DNA of 64,000 bases from Ascidiella aspersa (lineage: Eukaryota), in assembly GCA_963924565.1 (NCBI GenBank), contig OZ004611.1, positions 19,716,001 through 19,780,000 on the forward strand, written 5' to 3'. The notes beneath the pieces are model-generated. The model was given only the letters and a program-made list of their open reading frames with translations, was not told the DNA's origin and did not search any database. The number at the start of each line of letters is the position of its first letter. Position 1 is the stretch's first letter. Position numbers and translations under genes: made by a program. Below, piece by piece: positions 26,068-38,000 of this stretch.

Positions 26068-26921
26068 CCTTGGTCCTCGCGCGTCGATTCGCGTTCCAGC
26101 TCTTCTTTCCTCTGCCGGATCATCCTTTCTCCTTCGGTGTGCACATAATTGCTCGCTCTCCTGAACCTCCGGCCGGCCGGCGACAGCCAGTAAATCCAGT
26201 CGACGTGCATAAGCGGCTGGTAAGCCCGGGTCGCCGTCAGCTCTGCCAGTTCGCTCACCGCTCTCACGTACCGATGCTGCCCGGCGTCCAGCTGGCAGTT
26301 GGACTTGGTCGACATCGCGCACCTCAGCATCACGTCCATCGTCATTTGCGCCACGTCACCGGTGACGTCAATAGCGTGCTGGTGGCCGCGCCGCCACTTG
26401 CCGACTAGCACGCGGGCACACTCGTTGTACACGGTCGCGCAGGGCTTTAGAACGTTAAAGTGGAAAGCGGGCGTTAACAGCTTGCGGTTGCGTCGCCACT
26501 TTTCCCCGGAGGAGACCAGCAGCCCGTCGCCGATCCAGGGACGCACCAGGCCGTAGATGAGGTCGTCTTTCGGTGCCCCGCTGTACAGCACCTTGGCCAG
26601 CGTGGTGGGCGAGAGCGGGTCGACGAAGACCTTAAGCGGGCCAAACCAGGTGACGCAGGTGCCCTTCAGACGCATTCGCTCGCTGACGAGGTTGTCCAAG
26701 CCGCGATCGTCGTTCGAGAAGAGCTTTAGGTGTCCGTAGAACCAGTGACGCGGCGAGGAACAAGCTCGAGCTGTCAGGTCCACGCAATTGCGATAATGTA
26801 GCGCGAGCGGTAGGAGGTACCGGTGCACGACGTAAGCCAGCAGCGCCGCGAACAGTACGCGAACGGCCGCCGACGGGAGACTCGACGGCAAAAGCACACC
26901 GAACAGGATTTCAAGTGTCAT
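26068..26921 (-). CDS. Cytochrome P450 family 4, coding exon 1
   Basis: N-terminal TM anchor, HWFYGHL, PWIGDGLLVSSGEKWRRNRKLLTPAFHF. ATG at 26921 follows an acceptor-like tttctacag. Phase-2 donor GG|gtgagt. Confidence 0.93.
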
Positions 26922-27173
26922 TACTGTACTGTAGAAACTGGCAACTGAAACATGCATAACTGCATATACACAGTGTGTATTATCTATGGGTGTCGTTATG
27001 TTTAGCCAATACGACTCAAGAGGGGTCTTGGTCACAGAATACACATTGTGTATAAGTATGTTTCAGTTGCTGTAATACGGGCTGTTAGTCCACTTCGATT
27101 GATATTGTATGTACGAACAACATGCAGCAGGCAATGGTGCTGTGGTTGTTTCTAGACTCGCTTCCTTCTAATC

Positions 27174-27290
27174 CTGCGTAGCTCAGATGGTAGAGCGACG
27201 TTCCCTGTATGAGCAGGGGTCGTGAGTTCGAATCAAGCTATTGCTTTTCTAGCCTGACCTTGCTTGCACTACAATCCTGATCAGGCTGAC
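27174..27290 (+). mobile_element. tRNA-derived SINE head or tRNA pseudogene
   Basis: A-box/D-arm TAGCTCAGATGGTAGAGC, ccctg/caggg stem, B-box GAGTTCGAATC (27224-27234). T-stem and acceptor stem do not pair. 3' end is approximate. Confidence 0.75.
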
Positions 27291-28042
27291 TGGTTTTGGA
27301 AAGCCTATCCGAGGCATCTTGTGTAGCCTACTATTAGAACCGGTTAAGGAAAAATACCGCCGCTCGCAGGTTTGCTATCAAAATGTGCATATTGCCTACA
27401 ATTTATTTTGCTTACAAACTGGATATAGAACGCCACTGTTTTAGGCCACTGGTGTGATTTTTTACTTGGCTTTCGATCGCAAACTACCTTTAGCCGACGC
27501 CTTAATTAGTACCAGCTTATCACTAAGTTTAAGTTAAACTTATTCAGTAATGCTGCATTATGTTTAACTCTACAAGCTTGCGAAACGCTGCCTTTGAACT
27601 GAACGTGACATAAATACATGGTGATTTTAGACTATGGTGATCTATTTGGCCGAGCAATCTGCGTAGTAACTGTCATATCGCAAATACGTGCTGTTTGATA
27701 TACGTGCAATTCGAAAAATAAAACCACGAATAGCAACTACAATTGCCTTGTTGTTGAAAAGTCACTTCCAGCAAAAAATTTCATAAAAACTCTAGCAGCC
27801 GAGTCGAGGATTTCGGTTAAAAACATTATTGTGTCGTTGTAACGCTAATTGTTTTCAGTAGTGTTTGACGTTACATAACAATCTAACGACCATAGATGAA
27901 GTGTCGTACTTGGTTGACAGCGTCAAATAAGCCATAGCTTTTATAAAAAGTGTAATAACTTATGTCGTTTACATAACAACAGTTGTGGTTTCTGCAAAAC
28001 GCCCAGTCCGGCAAAGCATTCCGGCAGGAACGTGGCACCCAC

Positions 28043-28199
28043 CTTTTCTCGCACTGATCCAGGCCGTCTCACATATAGCATTGTGGCAGCACGCAGCGGC
28101 CTCCACATTTGTTGTACGAGTTGTTGTACATCACTCCGCCATGTTGCAATAACTTTTTTTCCGTCATCTTGTCACTGCCGTCGCCGCAGTAGTCCACTC
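28043..28199 (-). pseudogene. Degenerate exon spanning parts of two LDLa repeats
   Basis: gcag|...|gtgggt. Translates GVDYCGDGSDK...KCGGRCVLPQCYM*DGLDQCEK, with TGA (28069-28071) at the Cys of the CDG motif. Confidence 0.6.
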
Positions 28200-28807
28200 C
28201 TGCGCGTATAAGGGAACGGTGTTCTAAACTAATTTGGAAATTGCTTGTGTGCCGTAACTCTAGTTGCAATCTAATTCAGATTTTACCAAAAACATACTTT
28301 GTTCAACAGCATTTTTTCCTTTTCTCAGTCATAACAAAGAATTTTAATTAATGCTATTCGGTTGGAACAACTTTTTGGTGATTTTTACAGTCTGAAAGGC
28401 ATATGCTTTATATGCTAAAACATATAAAATAATCACACAAATATTAACCATTCAAATTCTTATGAGACTAAATTGCGATTTAAATAAAATTGATTGTGAA
28501 TAAGTAAATGTAATTTTAGTTCAAATTCTAGTACAATTCTGGTATTCAAGAATTTGGTAATTCTAATTCTAATCTAAATTGAACTTAAATGTTGTATTTC
28601 TAATTTTATTCTAATTTCAGAAAGCTAGTTGTCCAAGTGTATTTGTGACGTTACTCGCCGCAAATACAGCAATTGCAGTTTGGGCCGAAAATGTCGTTTA
28701 CATTATATTTCATTATAGTTTTACTTAAGATAGACTAACGTTATGGCTTCCAACCCTATAAAAACACAAGTTTTGCAGTTTCAATTTAATATTTTTAAAG
28801 GTTAGGC

Positions 28808-29115
28808 CAGCATTTCTCAACCTTTTATGGCTAGCGGCACCCTTCAGAAACAACAAAAAGATTGTGGCACCCCTACAAGAATTTTCCGTAGGTAATTCAC
28901 TAGAATGTCACAATAAACAGAACTGCCAATACGCATCAACTCTACTCAACGTAGGAAGCTATATATAATTGGATTTATTCCACTCTAATCTTTACAAAAC
29001 CAGTTGTAAGAGTTGAGCAAAAATCAGATTTTTAAAATTCTTAAATATCTCTTGACACCCTTGAGCATTGAAATGGATCCCCAGGGTGCCGCGGCACCCC
29101 GGTTGAGAACCATTG
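28808..29115. mobile_element. hAT (Buster/Charlie-type) MITE
   Basis: cagcatttctcaacc...ggttgagaaccattg, ggcaccc subterminal repeats, TSD ggttaggc/gagtaggc (6/8). Confidence 0.8.
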
Positions 29116-29182
29116 GAGTAGGCCCTACGTTATACGCAGATATAAGTCGATAGAACACGCAGCTAAAAAATGATTCCTAAGC

Positions 29183-32100
29183 CAGTGGTTCCCAAATTGT
29201 GGGCCATGGCCAACGAGTGGGCCACAAAACTGTTTTCTTCTTCTTCTTTCGTGTTGGTTAGATATCTGGGCAGTGGCTTGTGAGCCACTGCGTGGTAGAG
29301 GGTTTTGTGGCCAATATCGCTGCCCAACCACCGGGACAGGAAAAGTTTGGACATTCTTCCACGATGTGGTTTGCCGTTTGTGTGGCTCCGCACTCACATA
29401 GTGGGGAAGGGCAAGGCCCCATTGAAACATAGAGGAGGCAAAACGGCCGACTCCTGTTAATAAGCGGTTGCGTCTCACATTCGCTGTTCTCGACAGCTCT
29501 GGGGCGTGGTAGCGAGCCGCAGAGATGGATGCGTGTAGCTTTGTCTTGTTTGTTGACCATTCTTCTTCCCAGGTTTCCTCCTTCCATTTTGACGCAGTTT
29601 TGCCATCAAGGATTGCTTTCTTGAATGACTGTGCTGCGGTTACAAAGGAGTGTCGTGACTTCAGTCGCGTTGCCTGCGCACAGCCTGAGATTTTGCTGTG
29701 CAGTAGATGGTCAGGCCACAAGAGTGCCTTGCGCGATTGAGCAAAGGTTGCTCCCTTTCGCCTTATGTCAGTTGGCACAATCCCTGCTAGCACTGGGAGG
29801 TTGTTTACTGGAGTCGCTGTTAGACAGCCAGTGATGGTCCGCAAGCAGTTATTTATTGGCACGTCCAGTAGTTTGGTGTGTGCACTCCTGGACCATGCGG
29901 CCGCACAGTATTCTGCTGGCGCGTATCAAGCGCGAGTGCAGTAGATCGCAAAACATTGCTGCTGGAACCCCATGTTGTGCCAGCGAGTCTTCTAATTAGA
30001 GCTGCTCGGGATGAGACCTTGTTCCTCAAACCCTCCAGGTGTTTTCGATACGTGAGGGAACGGTCCAGTTTGACTCCAAGGTAGGTTGGGCACGGGTCAA
30101 AGGGAAGGTTGGAGCCGTTACATATGATGCGTATCTCCCTGGAGGCTTCCCTGTTGTTTAAGTGGAAGGCGGAGGCGACAGACTTTGTTTCGCTCAGCAC
30201 CAGTCTCCATTTTTCAAGGTATGTTGAGAGTGTGCCGACATCCTTGATGAGAGTACCTTCGACCGTTTCCCAACTCCGGCTTGACGTAAGTATTGCGATG
30301 TCATCTGCGTATGAGTATTTGAGGGCAGTGGTTTGGGGAAGGTCATACATGTATATGTTAAAGAGCATCGGTGCAAGCACAGAACCCTGTGGGACCCCAT
30401 TTCTTAGCCGCCTTAAACGACTTTGTTGGCCGTCGCTGGTACGGAGAATGAAACTCCTGTTAGATACCAGTTCCATGATAAACTGTACCATGCGTTTGTC
30501 AGGGACGGTTTTCAGGAGCTTGTAGGTTAGGACCTGGTGCCATATGGTGTCATAGGCAGCTGTCAGGTCTAAGAATACAGCGCCTGTTTTGTTGTTGGCT
30601 TGGTAACCGTCTTCAATATTCTGCGTCAGGAGGGTGACTTGGTCTGATGTGCACCTACCACGTCTGAAGCCTGCTTGCTCTGATGGTAATTGGGGATCAA
30701 CGACAGGTTCTAATCGTGAGTGTATGATTCGCTCAAGGATCTTGAAAGGGATGCTTAGCAGGGATATTGGGCGGTAGCTCTTCGCATCGTCGGTTGGCTT
30801 GTTTGGCTTGGGTATGGCTATCACAAGGGCTCTTCTCCATATCCTTGGAATTTTTAGCCGGTTCATGCACGACGAGAGGAACTTTGCAAGCCAATGGATT
30901 GCAGAGTCCCCCATGTGTATGAGGAATTCTGGATGGAGATGATCGGGGCCAGGTGCTTTGCCGGGCTTTAGCTTCCGAAGGGCGTTGCGGACTTCTTCGG
31001 GTGTAAACTCGCTAGAGAGGTTTGCGTCTGCAGTCGGTGATCTCCAAAGCTCTGATAGTTTCTTTACCAGAGTTGTCTTTGATTGCCGATGGATTTTGGC
31101 ATTGCGACCATTTTTCTCTAGACGCGAAGCTATAGCGTTTGCTGTGACAGGACACTTGCCCGGAGCAGCCTTCCCACGGCCCGTGAGTCGATTAATGGTG
31201 AGCCACGCCTTTCGGCTAGAGTGTGTGAAGTCGATGGACTCTATACTGTCTCGATCCAGCGAGCTTGGCGCTTTCGGTCTAGGTGGTTTACCAGTTCATC
31301 GGTTGCTGATTTGGTTTCTTCCAAATTGCTGGAGCGTTTAAACTGGCTATACAGGTCCTGGCAGTCCTGGCCCCAGCATGGGACGTAGTTATTGTTTTGC
31401 CGCGCGTGTCAGCATTCCTGCGAAAGCGTAAGAGGCCTTATTTTGGTCTTGCGAGTCTGGGCTTGGCAAGGTTTTTGCCATGTGGTGTGTTGCCTTGTTG
31501 TAGAGCAACCAACGTGTCTTTCGGAAATTCCACCGTCTCACAGGTTTGCTTGGGGTGGGTTTTAAATGACCGGCAATTGATGTTATTGAAACTCTGTGCT
31601 GTGACCGAGGGAACCGACTGATGACGTGTCGTTCAGAAAGGGCTTGTCCAGAAGTCACTCTCGCAAAAGCAAGGTCTGGATTGCTTCCAGTGCTCCAGCG
31701 TCCCGAGGTAAAACTGTCGGGGTCTTTTGGGCCATACAAGAGCGACAGGTTGTTAGTTGATGCCCAGTTGGAAAGGGTTTCTCCATCGCGATTGCTGGTC
31801 TGGTACCCCCAGTCCGTGTGGTGACAATTGAAGTCACCTACATACAGGCAAGGGGCAGGGAGTATGGGCAGCGAATTTAAACTGTTTTCATTGGGCCATA
31901 TAAGAGCTATTTGAAAATATTGCTAAGTTAGCATATTTAAAACTATAAAAGGAACGAAGCATTTTTTTGCGATTTGTAAACTATACCTAAAGGAAAAATC
32001 TCACGACGTATGTTTGTTTCGCTACGCAGTTAGCACGGCAGTTTACTTTAAATTCAGTTTGTTTTCATCGAGATATTTAATTCCAATCTAAAAATGAGCC

Positions 32101-32279
32101 GAAACTAAAAAAAGGATTATTTCGATGTTGTTATATAGAATCAACGTATTTATTGGAAAGTTGTCCGACTATGTAGGCGTAAATTGGGATAACAAAAAAA
32201 GGTAACGGCACATGGTGGGCCACAAACTGTTTTATCAGAAAAAATTAGGCCACGGAATAAAAAAGCTTGGAGACCACTG
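29183..32279. mobile_element. hAT MITE split by the LINE insertion
   Basis: cagtggttcccaaa...ttggagaccactg, gggccac repeats at both ends, TSD tcctaagc/ccctatgc (6/8). Confidence 0.8.
29238..31878 (-). mobile_element. 5'-truncated, frameshifted non-LTR retrotransposon, Vingi/Ingi-like (APE end, RT, C-terminal Cys/His motif)
   Basis: APE motifs GDFNCHH and NPDL. RT motifs YRPISLL, QAGFR, FLDLTAAYD, GVPQGSVLAP, YADD, YLGV. CECG...HIVEECP with no RNase H. (GAA)n tail. 11-bp TSD aaactgttttc at 29227-29237 and 31879-31889. Confidence 0.93.
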
Positions 32280-32619
32280 CCCTATGCCATAACAAGACAA
32301 CTCAAGTAAAGCAATTTGCGATAATAAGTGTAAAAAACGTTGGTTCTGAATACCAGTTGCAGAGAAAATATTAAACACGAAGCAATACCAACACCTTTGT
32401 AAAATAAATATTTGACTTAAATTGCCAAATTTTTCTAAAATATTAATCATTAAAGCACTTAATTTAAACCACTTAAGTATAAATCAAGTCATTTTGCCCC
32501 GAAGACTTTAGTCAATGTAAGTCATTTAAAACCAGTGACTTAAGTGTAATTAAGTCAAGTGATTGACGTAATTCATTGCAACACTAAAGAAAAGTTTAGA
32601 ATTGACATTTACTTTTCAA

Positions 32620-32890
32620 CAATAATTGTGGCACTGGCTACATTTCAAGAACAACAATGTACACCGGGTACACCGGGAAGTCTTACCGGAATCAATTAGC
32701 TTATCTTGATCTTGACTATCTTGATAAGACCACTAATATTGTAAGATTTTCCGGTTTCCGATGTTCTGTTAATAAGTGCCACTAATATTGTAAGATTTTC
32801 CGGTTTCCGATGTTCTGTCGATAAGTGTAGGTTACTGTTATTATTGTCCTTGACAAATGCGTGCAGGCTAAATGCTTCTGTCGCCATACA
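32620..32890 (-). mobile_element. Possible Penelope-like GIY-YIG endonuclease relic with an internal ~49-bp tandem duplication
   Basis: ETGKSYNISGLI followed, after a frameshift, by KTS...FLKCSQCHNY, resembling the PLE linker/GIY-YIG start. Tandem repeat at about 32730-32827. Confidence 0.4.
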
Positions 32891-33870
32891 AATAGAATGC
32901 GCAACTTTTAGAAGCATAAGTTCGTTTTATCAATGGATGACATCGGGTAAATTATACAATCACTAGTTGAACTTAAAACAAATAAAGTGAACAGTTTTTT
33001 TTTGTTTATCACTTTTAGGTACTGTACTCGGTTACAATATTTGAAAGCACGCCCGTCTTATTTCATTTCTGTCAGTATTAATAAGTTGCACTACTTTTGA
33101 AATAGAAGCGAAGTTTCGAATCGAATTGATTTTTGTTTTTCTTGCACCGCAAATTATCCATGACATGTTTTCGCCATTAACGCTTGCCGATTACTGAAGC
33201 AAGATTGGAATAGTACTAAAAAAGTTTATAAAATATAATTGACAGCCTATAAGCATACTTGTGTATGACGCAGTTGACTGTTGCACGGACCCGAAATTAA
33301 AAATTATGCCATTTAGTATGCCTTTGTTTATTAACAGGCTGAAACTAACCGGTGTTTTTGTGTGAGTTGTAATAACAGAAAACATTGCTTGACAACATCG
33401 CACTGAGTATATAAATGTTTAAATCGAGGATTAATCTTTGTCGCGAAATTTACTTCTTGCACTTCTTTAATTAGTCTCAACAAATAAATAAAGTATGACA
33501 CACAAGGTCGTATTTAAAAAAAAATCACACATTATATGTTTTAAATTCCAACCAAAACAGCATCTTCTTGTCAATAAGATACAAATTTGTACCCTTTTTA
33601 TATCTAATTTGGTCAATAACCCCGAAAATCCATTCTGTATAGCGGCTTTACTGTTGTCCACCAAACGCACCAAGAAAGTTAAAAGTTGAACTATACTTTT
33701 TGAAAAATATTGTTTGATTTTACATTTGTTTTCTGTATATTGACATTTCGTCAACAGCGAAACTTATAATTCGCTGCCACATTTGGCCCATCTTCAGGCA
33801 GGACGATTTCTAATTCCCCGACCCGATGACTAATTAACATGGTCCCAAATGTGACCAACTTACAACACGA

Positions 33871-33895
33871 TGACGTCATGTGTGACGTCATATAA
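33871..33895. promoter_or_regulatory. Tandem CRE palindromes
   Basis: TGACGTCA at 33871-33878 and 33883-33890, immediately followed by TATAA. Confidence 0.45.
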
Positions 33896-34636
33896 CGCGA
33901 CAACAACAGGGTAGAAGCGAATTTCGCCGCGGTGGTGTCATATTAAATTTTGATGAGTCTCTCTAAGAGGGTGTTTATATGTTTCTCCCAGCTGATTTAA
34001 AAAAAGCAGTGCGTTTAAAAGAAATTTAACACGTCGCAAGGACTTACGTTCCGAGGACCGCAACTTATACGAACTATTCCACTTTCCGTGAACGAATTGA
34101 CCAGGCAGGTTATAAGAGTTGAAAAAACTCAAATTAGCCGGTTATACTATGAGCAAAGGAATACAGTTTAGTTGCCTATGAAGCAGCTCACAAAATAAGA
34201 ATTGAGGTAAATATCTTTAAAAGCTTATGTTTTTAACCATAATCAGTTTTGGAGCCACCCGTAGATCAGTCACACGAAAGCTTTTTAAAGGGTACGTGAA
34301 CACTGAGCAGCTGTATTGGTCTTATGCTGACCAGAAATGGCTTAAAGTGATTAAAGCGTATTATATCGTCAATTATATTCACTCTTGCTACATTAGATGG
34401 ACATATAATCTGTAATTCGCTCTTCGCGCTGATGGCGAGGTACCTTTATTTAATTAATTTATTTGACTAAATATAAGTAAATTAAGCAAAATGATTTATT
34501 TTCGAAATCAGCTAGTGTGCGTATACGGTAAAAAGCCAGAATAGCTGGTACGCAGACGAAAAGTTGGGAACCACTGGTTAAAAACATCCAAGTAATTCAG
34601 CTGCGTGTAAACTGTTGTTTGGCCAATACTCTTAAC

Positions 34637-35010
34637 CAGGGCTAGGGAGTCGGATTCGGATTAGGGACTCGGGACTCGAGTAGTCGGTTTGTTTTGATGG
34701 AGTCGGAGTCGGGACTCGAGTAAGACCACATAAAACTACCCGAGTCCCGAGTTCGACATTTAAAAACTGATATGGCCGCCATCTGGAAATTGTAAAGGTG
34801 GAATAGCATATGGTGGACCGTGTAGGCTATTGTGAGTGAATAAAATATAAGACACCCCTATAAGTGGATTGGTGAATATCCACGTTATTTTAGTTACGTA
34901 ATTTGGCGGAATACAGGCTGTATATAGTCAGGGCCAGACCCGGGACTCGACGAAATCGCACATTTACCGGAGTCGGACTCGGGTTATTTTTAACCGACTC
35001 CGCAGTCCTG
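34637..35010. mobile_element. hAT MITE with GGAGTC/GACTC subterminal repeats
   Basis: cagggctagggagtcgg...ccgactccgcagtcctg, TSD ctcttaac/ctctaaac (7/8). Confidence 0.88.
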
Positions 35011-38000
35011 CTCTAAACACGAAAATTGTTTCAAATTCGAAATGTTTTTGATCAGTAAAGGGTTTGACAACCAGTCGGATCGTGTTTAGAGCAACTATAG
35101 GCTAGAATCAGCCTAGATAAACACCTTTCGTCGTATTCTTTATAGGTGTATTTAACTTTTTCGTTCAAGTTCATTTTTTGTGCAAGCTTGCGCTCCAACA
35201 CTTTTAGTGCGCTATCTTATTATGGTGACGTTTTAATTTTTCGCAGGGTACTAAAAGTTGTTTAATGAATCTTCATCTCGATTAATATCGTCTTAAATAA
35301 ATATACATCAGTGAGCTATGGTAACACATGTGTCAGACAAAGCTTAAAACGAAAATTTGAGACAACCGTAAGGTGTCCTAAATATTCTAATCCTAGTTTT
35401 ATTAGCAAGTTTTTTCATTTATTGCACTGCATTATATAAAGGAATTACAGCACAAAATCATTTAGAACACGAAAAAAATAAACAGGTATGCGATTCCTGA
35501 GCAGCAAGTTTAGAAAACGATTTCCATTTCCGACCAGAAACCATTTCCATTTCCGACCAGTAGTTTAACGAATAACCCAAACAAGAGATTAAATAAAAGG
35601 GTCGAAAGTTCAAATAAGTATTATTAAATATATCTATGGGGTTTTCTTTCAGAACAAAATTTAGCTTTTTTTATGAGTTTTAGCTTGGAAATCAGTAGTA
35701 AACGGTGGCATTAAGTAGCAAAAATATCTATTTACAGGGACCTATCAATTAACAGCTCTAGCGTATATTAGCTGTCATATGGTTAATCTTGTGCTCCGCA
35801 TTTGCTTGTTTCCGGGAAGCTCAATCAAAATACCCCGTCTTGTTTGGCTCATACTTTAATTATTTATGCGAGGCCCGTGTTATTGGGTATTAAAGTGTAT
35901 TGGTCGGCGAGCGTGCAGTCAAAGGAGGTGTCGCGGCAACTAATTAGGCGTTTTTACTGCCAGTGCTGATTCTGCGACACTTTAATATTGCCCTGGATGA
36001 ATCTATGGCCTACAGTTAATACGATTAAGTTTTTACAATATTCATTAGCTCCATACCTACATCGCCAAATCAATTTTGTCAAGAGAAATGAATCTCTTCC
36101 AAATAAACTGACATTGATTAGTAAAATGATTGCCACAAGATAGTTTGGCAGTGGGATTCAGAAACTTCTTACCTTAGACCTACAAAGGCGTTAAAGGCGA
36201 CAAACTCTTAACTATCCACCTAAAAATCAATAAAATCGTAAAAAAATCCAATCCCTGATCAATAAATACAGTTTGCCAAAATCGACGATCAACACAAAGC
36301 CGTATAAGTGCACTGTTTGGCCATCTTTTAGAATAAGTGATAAGTTACGGTGATGTCATATTTAAAAATCAGGTTAGGATTAAAATCGAACCCTTTTAGT
36401 TGGTCACAGTGGTAGAAGTGAACGGGGACTGTCTAAAAAGGCTTTCAGTAAAACAAATGATGCCGGAACAGGGGACGTTAATGGATTTCTTGCATCAAAA
36501 CAAGTTTTACATGGCAGCAAACAATAAATATAACGTAATTAACGAAAATGGACACAAAAGTGGCTAAATCGCTTTCAACGTAAGGCGGGCTGTTAGATTC
36601 GCGCCCAGCTGGTTGCAAAGGCAATTAGCGGTCGGTGCAAAGAGAGGCCCAAGATTGACTTAGCGCCGTCAGCGGCGTTCGGGCGACCTTGCTAAGGAAT
36701 GCCTTATGCTCCCTCACAGGGCGACGATTCCCTGCGGATTCAAAATCGTCGGCATCGGAGCTGGCATGACAGACAGCCGGGCGTCATGCAGAAGCAAGAG
36801 GCTTTGTACTGAGATGCACTGTGGCTCCCGTATGCATACAACTTGATGCACAGGCGGCTTCACGCTTTTTTTTTTTCATTGCTTTTCAAGACTACGGGAT
36901 TCAAGACGACTCAAACTCACGGCCGGGTCTAAAAAGATAAGATATGGGGCCTAAAATTTTCTTGTCCTGTTAGTTTGGGCATTTTTCATATCTACTGACA
37001 CCAAACTGCACGAAAATTGTTGTGTGTGTTCAGCACTTAAATATAGCATTTTCCGCACTAAACAAAGTTTAGGGCGAAATGCAGGCGAGGCATTTAGCAT
37101 TTCTAGAAACACGGTTGACGTGAAAAAGCTTAGTAACCAGTTGCAGGCAATTAAACGTCATATACAATAATGCCATATGAGCTTACTCTAGGTATGCCGC
37201 CAGGCAGGAAACAGGGTCTGTAAGTCGGCAGCACGTAGTAAGGAAACCTATAACACTACAAAAAACACATTGCTTTTTACTTGGGTGTTGCTGTTTTACA
37301 TAAGTTAATTTACCCGGCGAAAAGAACGCCGGTTTCCACTTTGTTATCGCTTTCTATATCTATATATAATAGAGCAGGGGTTCTTAAACTTATTTTACTG
37401 CGGATCCCTATTTCTTTATGCTTCGCGTGCAAGAAATTTTCAGACATCACGTCATAAATTAATGTAACAATACAAATAGGCCTCTAAAATCTGCTAATTT
37501 CGGTCAAAAAATTTTAAAGTAAAAAGGAGTCTGTAAATACATTCAGTGCAAAACCGTTTTATTTTAATTAAACTCTTTTCTTTTAAAAATTTACTACTTT
37601 TTTAATAAACGCTAATATTTCACTTTGACCTCATGGATCCCCCCCAAAAAATGGGTTTTTTCATCGGGCACGTTTCATCGGCCGCCTGTGCGTGCGCTGT
37701 GTGGCCACGTCGCGGCGCAAAGGGTTTCCGTCTGGCCTCCTTTTACGATTGTTGTTGTTTTGCTGCTGCGAAGTGCCCGGACTTGCAAAACACGCGGGAG
37801 CACGTGCGTCGTGCGATGGCCGACCTTGCTTGCTAAAGCGCGCCGACGAAGAACGACGGGGCAATATTTAAGCGAACGCGCTGGCTTGACTGGTTTAGAA
37901 AGCGACTTGGTGCACTAAACGCCAGTAGTGTACCCAGGTCACCATTTGCAGTAAAGTGGCCTATGAAGATAGGCCTTGTTTGAATAAGCCAACCAGCAAG

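Noticed and set aside
24670-26739. Overlapping and antisense ORFs across CYP4 (likewise across the LINE and P5CS)
   Set aside because: Shadow ORFs expected from GC-rich or coding sequence, with no independent motifs.
26922-27044. N-terminal 41 aa of the listed 326-aa CYP ORF
   Set aside because: Begins at a non-ATG codon in AT-rich sequence upstream of a splice acceptor. The ATG at 26921 gives a normal P450 length and anchor.
27174-27245. Functional tRNA gene
   Set aside because: T-stem and acceptor stem do not pair and the anticodon arm spacing is wrong.
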